Assembly (NCBI GenBank): GCA_002633005.1
Contig: NMRA01000106.1
Location: 12,737 to 76,736, forward strand
Source: Phoronis australis
Lineage: Eukaryota > Animalia > Phoronida
Length of the DNA: 64,000 bases
Reading direction: 5' to 3'
Below, piece after piece: positions 13,062 through 21,848 of the stretch. How positions within the stretch are numbered: position 1 is the stretch's first letter; each line of letters begins with the position of its first letter. Below the pieces are notes generated by a model that saw only the letters and a list, made by a program, of their open reading frames with translations, was not told the origin of the DNA and searched no databases. Made by a program: the position numbers and the translations under genes.

Positions 13062-14737
13062 AGGAGAATGCCACCCCATTTAATTAGTCCTTTTTTACAG
13101 TCTTAATCGGTCTAAATTCACATCACCTCGTATACGGTCGATCTTACCTCACCGAGAGGAATTGCGTTAACTTGTGAGGAAGGTGAGTAAATAACGCAAA
13201 GACGTCAGTGGTTCTTCTGCAAAGTGACTGCCGCTATGGAGCGGTGTATCGTTCCCGCTTGTGCGAACAATGAAGCTGCGATTAAAGAGGATATATCATT
13301 GTTTTGATTTCCTCGAGAGCCCAACATGCTTCGAAAGTGGCTTGCGGCAGTGAAAAATGAAAAGCACGCCGTTAATACCAAGTATGACGCCGTAAAACAT
13401 CTATGTTCCGTGTCTGTGGCTGGAAGTTCGTCGACAAGAAGGCGTTCAACTTGCGGAATTTCCTAGCAGCAAACGCAAGCGACGATCGTTTCCATTATCG
13501 TGCAGTAAATGCATTGACATAGTGAAAAGTCATTCAAACGGTTTTCGATCTATCCATATGTTCCGTTGCCTGTGCACGTTCACGGGGCCTCTCTATTATT
13601 TCTTGGTCACTGTATTTCCGTTCGAACTGATAGTCGGATGAGTACTCGCCCAATTCAGGAATTCAAGTTGCCATGCTGACATTTATTATTTTGCCTTTTG
13701 TTTCAAAATGAATTATTCTCACCCTAATCAATGCTTATGTATATAACTGAAACAAAGTGTCAACGTTTTTCTCGTTAGACACAATTTGTAATGCCTTTGG
13801 AGTGTTCGTGCATGAGTGCAAATGTTTTGAGAAACCAGCAATGAATAAAGCACTGCGTTACCGACTATGCAATAAAGCTAACTCATCGGGCAGCAAGACC
13901 GTGTGAGTGTAATTTAACTCAGTGTTTGCTGGCAGAAAGCTGTTAATATATGGTATGATCAAATTTTAGAGGAATCTTTATTTAGATATACAATATTCGA
14001 TTCATTGTTATTGCACAACTTTTGCCCCGACCGGGTTCTGTGGAAGGGGAACCTGATTTCTCGGCCCCCGAAGAGTAAGTATATTTGCAGATTCGCGGCT
14101 AATTCACCAAAACAATCACGTGCACATTATTTCTTTGGCTCACTAGTATAATCTTTTCGTGATTGGAAGTTTAGTTTCCAACTTCGGCTGGTTTATGTTC
14201 GTGATGTCTTCAGTCAGACCGAGACGGGTCTGATCCGCGTTCCGAGCCACTGGTCGGGATAACAAGCGTTTTGTGTGTTTAGAACTAAAAAAATCGCCAG
14301 TCTAAAATTACAACACACAGTTATGTTCTCTTGTCTATATTTCACGGAAGAATAATTGGAATTTATCATCGAACAGACTCCAAATTCCCGCCACCCGGAC
14401 CGGTAAATTGATCAACCGAACTTCAAAGCTACGGTAGGTTCAAATACCTATAAATCCGTAGCAGCGAAATAAAACAGCACGTTTGCTCGATGTATTTGAT
14501 GTATTTGTATGGGTTTTACATCGAATTTTGCTGATTTATTGATGTAACACGATGAATTCAAGCGATAACAAGTCTTGTAAATTGATGAACAGACTACGTT
14601 CGAACCCGTGATGCCATTGGTTAGTTTCAACACCGCCGTCTGCCGTCAGGTGTCAGGTAAAAGAACTCAATTTGATTGAGTGGAAATACCTGACCTAAAT
14701 TGATACAAAATAGGTTGTTTTTGGGTGGCATTCTCCT
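13062..14737 (+). mobile_element. Non-autonomous Kolobok-like DNA transposon carrying a THAP pseudogene
   Basis: Perfect TIR aggagaatgccaccc...gggtggcattctcct, with TTAA on the left (13058-13061) and a degenerate right target site; THAP remnant inside. Confidence 0.75.
13236..13430 (+). pseudogene. THAP zinc-finger pseudogene
   Basis: MERCIVPACAN...SLF*FPREPNMLRKWLAAVKN...(frameshift)RVCGWKF: C-x4-C, FP, W and RVC motifs of the C2CH THAP domain, with an internal stop. Confidence 0.75.
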
Positions 14738-14739
14738 TG

Positions 14740-14950
14740 ACGTACTTCTGTGTACAATTTGTCTTAACTCCCAATCTTTGAAACTTCGACATCAGGTAAT
14801 ATAGGCAAAACTAAGACAAACTCTAGGTCAAAACCTTAAGTCAAACTTAAGACCTCTTTCTTGAAGCTGTCTTGAGACAAACTTAAATTTTATATTATAA
14901 CTGATTGAAATTTAAAATTGGTCTTAGCTAAGTCAGTTTTCATGGAACCA
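14740..14950 (-). mobile_element. Degenerate copy of the Harbinger-type MITE at 21494-21726
   Basis: Reverse-complement similarity (ctttgaaactt, caaacttaaga, ttgagacaa, cttagctaagtc). Confidence 0.6.
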
Positions 14951-15102
14951 GCTTTTGTAAACCATTTGTTAATCTGTGTTTAGTTGCATTCTCCTACTGG
15001 TATAGCCGTATGACAAAGAGAAGTGTAGTATTTGCTGGCAACGGGACCAGAAATGATTTCAGTGAAAGCCTCGTCTTCTAAACGTCGTCATTTCTTTTTC
15101 AG

Positions 15103-17682
15103 GACGGTGCAACTGATGAAGAAGGGAAGTTGCAAGTTAGCCTATCAAACGCGCGTGCTTACAAATGTGACCTTGGTCAACTAAAAGTCGGTACGTTTGA
15201 CACTTCCACCATTTTTGAGGCTCTCAAGAAACGGTTGAAACCAACCGAACACCTTAGTATTGTACACGAAGACTACTGTCAGCCATATCAAATGATACGT
15301 ATTCGGTATGAGAAGTGTTCGACTCCTGTTACCAAATTCTTGTCAACACTTTATGAGATTGAATTGATGACTGAAGGAAAGAAGCCTAAAAGATTTCAGA
15401 TAAAGAGACAGGTCTACAGACGCACAGGATTCATCACTTTGTTTTACCGATCGAATGATGTCTACTTTTTGTGCGAAGGGTTGTTGTGTAGATCAATGTT
15501 TCCTTTGGCTGACAGAACATTTCGAACAGACTGTGGGAAATTTTTCCTTAGGGATGACAACATTAGTCTCCTGGAAGTAGAGAATTTGTCAGGACCTGAT
15601 TTGAGAACTTCAAGGTTTATTAAACCAGATGTCAATATGGCGTTCAGTTCGACGTCATATTTTGAGTCGGTAATTCTTAGAGTGCATGGTATTTTAAACT
15701 CCGAAAGTACTTTGGGGAAATTAATTTATGAGGAGGAGAAAGAGATTCAACTAAGAATCGAAGTTGATCACATCGAGATTCGTAAGCGTTTGCGTTACGA
15801 AACTTGGGCACACATTTTTGAGTTGTTTTCAAAACAAGCGGCTGCAATTATAAAACCACCTGATTCAGAAATTGCTGCATTGCTCTCAAACGTTCAGCGC
15901 GTTGACAGTTCAGACGAAACATCCGCATTACAAAAGCAACTGAGCAAAGAGGTTATTGACCTGCTTTCAAAAAATAAACCTCTCGATCGGTTCTACTTGA
16001 GTAGCAAACATTTCGGAATGTTTTACTCGTCAACGTCAGTTTCGCTGTATGGGCCCAAAATCACTACTAGTGAAACAAAACTAAAGAGCCTGAGGCGTTG
16101 GAACGTCATGCCATCTTTGTGTGAGGTAGTTAATGCCATTCACGAAAACTTCACCGACAAAACAATGCTCAAAGACCTACTCGAGAACAACAAAATTGAG
16201 CTTCGATTTCAGAGTCACGAGTTTAAACGGGTCAAGCGAAAAACCATTTTGTCTTTGATTCATGGCAGCGTGAACAGAGACAAAAGAGTATACCACAAGA
16301 TTTCTCAAAACTGGTATTTTTTTGCTACATCTCTCTTTCAAACAATTGGATTAAATTTTAACCGTTTGATAAAGAACTTGGGCGAGAACATGAAAAATTT
16401 GAATGTGGGAAATTTGGGTGAGAAAAAGGAAGACCCATCCATGGCAGTGCTTTGTTATCCTTGGAGACAATTGCCGAATAAGGAAGCAAAATTTACCCTC
16501 AACGAAATATCAGCGCATTTGAAACTTTCAGAGGAAGACGCCCAACGGTTAATGAAACACTTGATTGAGCCTATATATGTTCTTCAAGACGACCAAATAA
16601 CCGATTCCAGCTGTGTGTTTCCAAAGAGTTCTGGCATGGCGCTGTCTCGCAAAAAGAAAGCCAGACACCGTCGAAAACGAGGCTTTACACCGCGCGAGTC
16701 CCTACCGCAAGACCTTGTGCAGTTTAAAAAGGGTAAGAGGTACACCATTTGCACATCAAAACGTAATGAGTTTAAAGTTCACAATCCCATTCTCACCAAG
16801 AGACTCTTTGTGGACATTAAGCGCGACGTTTCCCAAAGTAGGCCTGATATTCAGGAGTGGGAGATTACAAATTTCCTTAAAAGTACGATGCAGCTCAATG
16901 AGGGAGAATATAACGGACTCTATCTCTTTGGCAATAGAAATCATGTTATTGTTGGCGATGGCTGCGCAGTGAACGGTATCGAACTGTTCGATATTTTGTA
17001 TCACGAGGAGAAGAGCAACACCACATATCTCTTCCATATCAAAAAGCAGTTGAACAAAGATTCCAGGGTGATCTGTGCTCAAATCCGAGACGCTGCAAAT
17101 CTTCTCTGGCACGATTACGTGCGCGGTAGTAACACTCATGCTGAGGCTTTCTTTGACCACGCGATATCCAATAATCCGAAAAAGCCGATGGAATGGTTTA
17201 GAAAGAGCAACCTAACAAAACTTGGAAAAGAAAAATTCTTGAGTTATTTCGATTATGAAACCCGATTGATTTTTGTGCTAGGTTATTCAGTCGCGGGACA
17301 CAAAGGCTCCAATAGTTTCTCATCGGATTTCAGTCCACTGCTGCAATGTCATTTTCAAACGAGAGAGTTAGAAGCATTGCAAAATGCTGGGTTTGTGACG
17401 GAAGATGGCTACCTTACTGATAAGATGATCCCTTTAACAAGCCAACAGAAGTTTGTTGAAAAATGTAAATGCGAAGACGCGAAATTATGGAGTGAAATTA
17501 AAACGTGTAAACGTCTAAAACACGTGTATGGTATATTGAACAAGAAGGGAAACTTGTCGCATCTTAATGAATCGATGATCGCAAAATTGGAGTTACTTTC
17601 TTTAGACGACAATTTCAGTCGTTTTCAGCTTGGGGGCTCACGGAAGTTTGAAATGGCTCTTTTTCAAATAAACACACATTAG
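15103..17682 (+). CDS. Main exon of a ~905-aa TIGR04141/DUF6119-like protein with C-terminal PD-(D/E)xK-like nuclease motif
   Basis: Uninterrupted 2.58-kb reading frame after the acceptor tttctttttcag|GAC. Motifs SLIHGSV..VYHKISQNWY, NEGEYN, IVGD, IELFDIL, YLFHIKK, ICAQI.DAANLL, RLIFVLG and AKLEL occur in the order and spacing I recall for the bacterial family. The ORF itself is certain; the family call is by eye. Confidence 0.75.
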   Translation, partial: DGATDEEGKLQVSLSNARAYKCDLGQLKVGTFDTSTIFEALKKRLKPTEHLSIVHEDYCQPYQMIRIRYEKCSTPVTKFLSTLYEIELMTEGKKPKRFQIKRQVYRRTGFITLFYRSNDVYFLCEGLLCRSMFPLADRTFRTDCGKFFLRDDNISLLEVENLSGPDLRTSRFIKPDVNMAFSSTSYFESVILRVHGILNSESTLGKLIYEEEKEIQLRIEVDHIEIRKRLRYETWAHIFELFSKQAAAIIKPPDSEIAALLSNVQRVDSSDETSALQKQLSKEVIDLLSKNKPLDRFYLSSKHFGMFYSSTSVSLYGPKITTSETKLKSLRRWNVMPSLCEVVNAIHENFTDKTMLKDLLENNKIELRFQSHEFKRVKRKTILSLIHGSVNRDKRVYHKISQNWYFFATSLFQTIGLNFNRLIKNLGENMKNLNVGNLGEKKEDPSMAVLCYPWRQLPNKEAKFTLNEISAHLKLSEEDAQRLMKHLIEPIYVLQDDQITDSSCVFPKSSGMALSRKKKARHRRKRGFTPRESLPQDLVQFKKGKRYTICTSKRNEFKVHNPILTKRLFVDIKRDVSQSRPDIQEWEITNFLKSTMQLNEGEYNGLYLFGNRNHVIVGDGCAVNGIELFDILYHEEKSNTTYLFHIKKQLNKDSRVICAQIRDAANLLWHDYVRGSNTHAEAFFDHAISNNPKKPMEWFRKSNLTKLGKEKFLSYFDYETRLIFVLGYSVAGHKGSNSFSSDFSPLLQCHFQTRELEALQNAGFVTEDGYLTDKMIPLTSQQKFVEKCKCEDAKLWSEIKTCKRLKHVYGILNKKGNLSHLNESMIAKLELLSLDDNFSRFQLGGSRKFEMALFQINTH

Positions 17683-19145
17683 ATGATACCCCTATGTGAA
17701 CTGCACGAACATTGTGTACAATCTGCGTGAGCGCGAGTGTTTTCAAGGAACACACGCAGCATTCGTACATAATACATACATAGAGTTTGTTTTATGGGCA
17801 AGTTAGTTACAACTTCAGTGAAACGGGATTTAACGCAAGTTAGTTCAAAGGATACTAAGTAATGCTCGTTTAACAAGTTCAGCTGATTTTAATGTGAATT
17901 TTTTAGTTTAACTTCTACTTTGGTGATGCACCACTAGCTAAATTGGTCGCTGTAGTTAGTAACAAATAACTCGTGCATTATGGGTACTCGCTCAACTGCC
18001 GCCATGTATATTCAGATTTCCACGGAAACACCGCGCACTTTTTAAAGGATAATAGTAAAGAAAGGCAAACAAACAGGGCTGGGAGTTACTAGATATCTAT
18101 TTTTAATTGATTTTAGAACTATATATCTTGGCATCAAGTTTACTGCAGAATCAATTTTACAGCATAAGATGTTTAAGCGAGTTCACATTAAGTGGTAATC
18201 GAAAAAGTATCTAAAGTAAAGGTCCTGTATATGAACCGACATTTAAAGTCGATTTATCTGATCAATGGTGTGGTGCTCAAATAGTGTACAATGATTTGAA
18301 ATAGATTATAAATAGGTTTCAACTTCCTGTTTACAACATTTCACAGGGCGATGAAAAGGAAGGCGCGAAGAACACCTCTTGTATTTGCATTTAGCATATC
18401 AGAAATAAACCATTTATTATCCTAAATTTTAAGTGTTCATAGAAATAAATTGATTGTGTGCATGAATAAAGTGTGAGAAAAATATAACTATCAGTACACT
18501 CTTGTTGTGAGAACAGAATATTATGGATGTTTTCTGAACCTTTGTAGATGAGTAGTTCAAGTTTTGAAATAAAGTTTGTCGACACACTCGGCGCTTTGTG
18601 TTGTTTCTAGGAGACGTTTTTTTTTTGCAATGATACTGCACAAGGCGAGGTGACAGAAACGGATTGCATTCACCAACGTCAGCGCCATGGCAGACGAGCT
18701 GTTTGCCCCAGGTGTCACTATTTGAGTTGGTAGCTTACTTCAAGGCATGAATGAAGTTTCTGTTAGTTCTCTCTATTGTTCTCGTGTTGACGTAATTGTA
18801 AGCTCAGTGCAGTGTACAGTTTACACGTGAGGAAGACAAAGTTGGTCGCTCCTCCAATAGTCTTTACCTTTCCGGGTGTAACAGAATATATGTACTTGTT
18901 GGGGTTCAGGCTACAAGCCTGTCTAGCTTCTTGCGTGTTCTGCTTGCGTCTGTTACATGCTCGAATATTCGTCAGATAGGGCCAGCTCCTAAAGTTGCGT
19001 CCCAACGTACGATGACGTTTCTAAGAGCAGCAGTAAAACAACTACATTTTGCACATGGGATGACAATGTAATAACTGCATCACCTGATAACGATTCTCTC
19101 TGTAGCTCATTGTAACCGTATGTACTCCATTGAAGCTAATTATTA

Positions 19146-19658
19146 GGAATGTAGTTCACAGATCATACGAGCATTTCGCCGTGTGCAATTCAAATTAGGC
19201 AGTTCAGCTATAGTTCTCTGTTTAGGGTAGCCTGTGCCGCCTCCGGTCAGCATTCTTTCTTTCAGTTGGTGCATCTGCACTTAGAGTCGCTCATGCGCTT
19301 TGTTCATGCTTACTTTTCATCTGACGTTACGTTTCAAATGTCGAGCTCTGCCTACTCACACTCTTTTAACCATCAGTGCGTGGTTATACGTTTGCTTGTG
19401 AGAGGCATTACAGTAAAAAGAGTACAACCAGCCTAGTCCGATACCGAAGCTATGAGCGACGAACCAGATATTCAAGACGAACAACCACACGATCAGCGTC
19501 AACGGGTCTTCACGAGTAGGGCTACTGAGCGATTTCAGTCGTTACTTGAATGTCATTGACGGCATATGTCTACGACTTGGGCGTCCATACAGTAGAACGT
19601 TAGCAAGATTGAGACATACAAATCTGACCTGACTAAGCTTCAAGAAATACAAAACACC
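19146..19658 (+). mobile_element. Probable BEL/Pao LTR-retroelement 5' relic (LTR end + gag start)
   Basis: ttaca|gtaaaaaga junction at ~19408-19421, then ATG 19452 MSDEPDIQDEQPHDQRQRVFTSRATERFQSLLECH*RHMSTTWASI, resembling BEL gag N-termini (RxRxLTxKG..). Truncated at the TTAA of the following element. Confidence 0.4.
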
Positions 19659-19662
19659 TTAA

Positions 19663-20820
19663 AGGCCAAGGCAACCTTTTTACATGCCATTTTGAGCTAA
19701 GATAAGTTTGGTTGGTTATCCTAGACATATTTTCCACTTAATTACAGCTTTTCGTACTTTTATTAATTACTCGTCCGCTACTCCGGAAGTGACGTTTTAG
19801 GAGGCAAGCATTTCGCGCCAATTTCTTTTCATATGACTGTGAGAGCTGCCGAGTCAGTCATTGTTCTACCTTGGTTGTGTTAAGTTCCGTCGTCGTTTGC
19901 TTTCATTTACTAGTCAGTCAGCATGCCACACTGTTGCTGCGTACCAGGATGTACTAACTATCGGCTCACGCGCGCTTTGGGAGTACCTTTGCATCGCTTT
20001 CCGATGGATGACACACTTCGCCGTACTTGGCTCGTTCGTGTGAAGAACGCAGCGTTACCCGTCCACGCAACGTACATGTACAAAGCAGTGGAGAATTACC
20101 GTGTGTGTGTGGCAAGCACTTTCTGCCGTCCGATTACGAGAGGGATTTGTACGCTGAACTGATGGAGGTCCCTGCGAAACAACGTCTGAAGAAGGATGCC
20201 ATTCCGTCTGTGTTGATTCCCGGCAGTGCCCCGTCGCCACCCCCGAGAAGTGCGTTTTTGAAGCGAGAAGCCTCGCGAGCTGTGGCCAGTAATACAACTA
20301 CAGCTCTGTCTATTGGTGAAAGCTTAACTAAAGACTACACGATAGATCTATAAGTAACTCGCGCTTGCATTTGAGCTGCATAGATCTCCGTCTGTGGTGG
20401 CCGCGAAACTTCGTATTCGTCGATCGACGGGATGAATTGGTCGGTGGCGACTGGAAGCGGAGTAAAACTGGGAGGACCGCCCTGGAGTGAGGAGTTTATC
20501 ATTCGAACTTACCGTAGGCCTTACCGCTAACTTGTTTTGGCCGATTTCCGACCCGTCATTAAACGGCGAAGATGAATATACAGAATGTGTTGGAATGTAT
20601 CTCAAGCCCTGTAAACTGTATGTGGCGTCGAATTCTTATTCTGATGTCTTATATAGCGCGGGAAATTCAAATTGAGTAATACTTCACACCTCGGACAATA
20701 TTCTGAGATTAAGCATAGTATCTTAAAGTTTTATATAAATTCTATCAATCATTCCTTAGATATGATATTGCTAAGTTGGCGAAATTTGAATGTTTTTAGT
20801 GCTTTCAACCGTTGGCATAT
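19663..20820 (+). mobile_element. Kolobok-like element (left TIR after TTAA, THAP inside; right end uncertain)
   Basis: ttaa|aggccaaggcaacc terminus; THAP ORF at 19923; convergent minus-strand remnant at 20348-20605. No clean right TIR found. Confidence 0.6.
19923..20353 (+). pseudogene. THAP-domain ORF with a single 2-nt frameshift in a (GT)n tract
   Basis: MPHCCCVPGCTN..LHRFPMD..RRTWLVRVKN..YRVC / GKHFLPSDYERDL..RLKKDAIPSV is a complete C2CH THAP with AVPT-like box, split at gtgtgtgtgt (20101-20110). Confidence 0.85.
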
Positions 20821-21493
20821 AATGTTACAAAGGGTCACATTGTTGCTGTTGTTTTTGGGTTGATTTACATGTCTGACACATACATGGCAAATAAAGCCAA
20901 GATATTATTTGTCACGTTTTTGTCTTAAATGACCGTTATTATTTGAAGTTAAGTTCTGCCCAGATGCTCGAGGCGTCCCCAGATTTCTCGTACAATATCC
21001 AAACGCCAACTAAGTTAAACCAATCTCTTTATACTTCTATATACTTCTACGATTAAATGACGCGCTTTACAACAGTGATCCCTCCAATTTTACAACAACT
21101 CCGGAGAATCTTTTTGGGTGAATGATCGCTTCGGTGGACTTTCCCGGTAATGGCCACACCGTTGGGTTGACGCTATCTGTTACACTACATTCTATGAACG
21201 CTTTTTGATGACGGGTCGGAAATTTGCCAACAAATAACCTAATTTAACCATAAGACCTACTTACGTTTCGCCAAGGGCCATAGAGGTAGAGCAACCTGCA
21301 ACAGCCAATCGTCGTTCAGGAGATCTTCTGTTTCGGAATCATTGAAGCTAGACACAGCTTTTAGTTGCTGTACCACTTCACAACCGTTGGTGAGACGCTG
21401 ACCATTTCGGATATTGTCCGTGAGGGCATGAGGTAATACAATTAGGCGCTATCTCTGTGAAAGTAAATAAGACCCTTATCATGTACAGACCAG

Positions 21494-21726
21494 GGGCCCG
21501 TTTCAACAAAACGGACTTAGCTAAGAAAAATGTTCAATTTTAGCAAATTTTAAAATAAAAGTTAAACTTGTCTCAAAACCAATTCAAGAAAGAGATCTTA
21601 AGTTTGATTTAGGTGTGACAAAAGTTTTGTCTTAATTTTGAAAAACTTGCCGAATGTGGAAGTTTCAAAGACAAATCTTAAACTTAAGTAAAAAAAGAAC
21701 TTAAGTCAATTTCTTGCAACAGGCCC
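21494..21726. mobile_element. Harbinger/PIF-type MITE
   Basis: TIR gggcccgtttcaa...ttgcaacaggccc flanked by a 3-bp CAG duplication (21491-21493, 21727-21729). Confidence 0.75.
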
Positions 21727-21848
21727 CAGAATCTTTTTATTGAACTAAAGGGTTACGTCACAAAATGTTAATCATGACGTCACATTGAATGGCAATGCTT
21801 CTACGTGCATAGCAATTTTCGCTTCGAACGCAGAAACAAATTTTATCA

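Noticed and set aside
16613-17612. Overlapping alternative-frame and antisense ORFs within the large exon
   Set aside because: Shadow ORFs of a real coding region, with no motifs of their own.
15103-17682. Bacterial contaminant contig
   Set aside because: No in-frame ATG/RBS at the 5' end and no operon neighbours; it has a phase-matched splice acceptor and gap-free continuity with eukaryotic repeats on both sides.
10290-19700. Composite transposon carrying the DUF6119-like exon between two related Kolobok termini
   Set aside because: The termini at 10337 and 19663 face outward, with TTAA on the gene side, so they do not enclose the gene.
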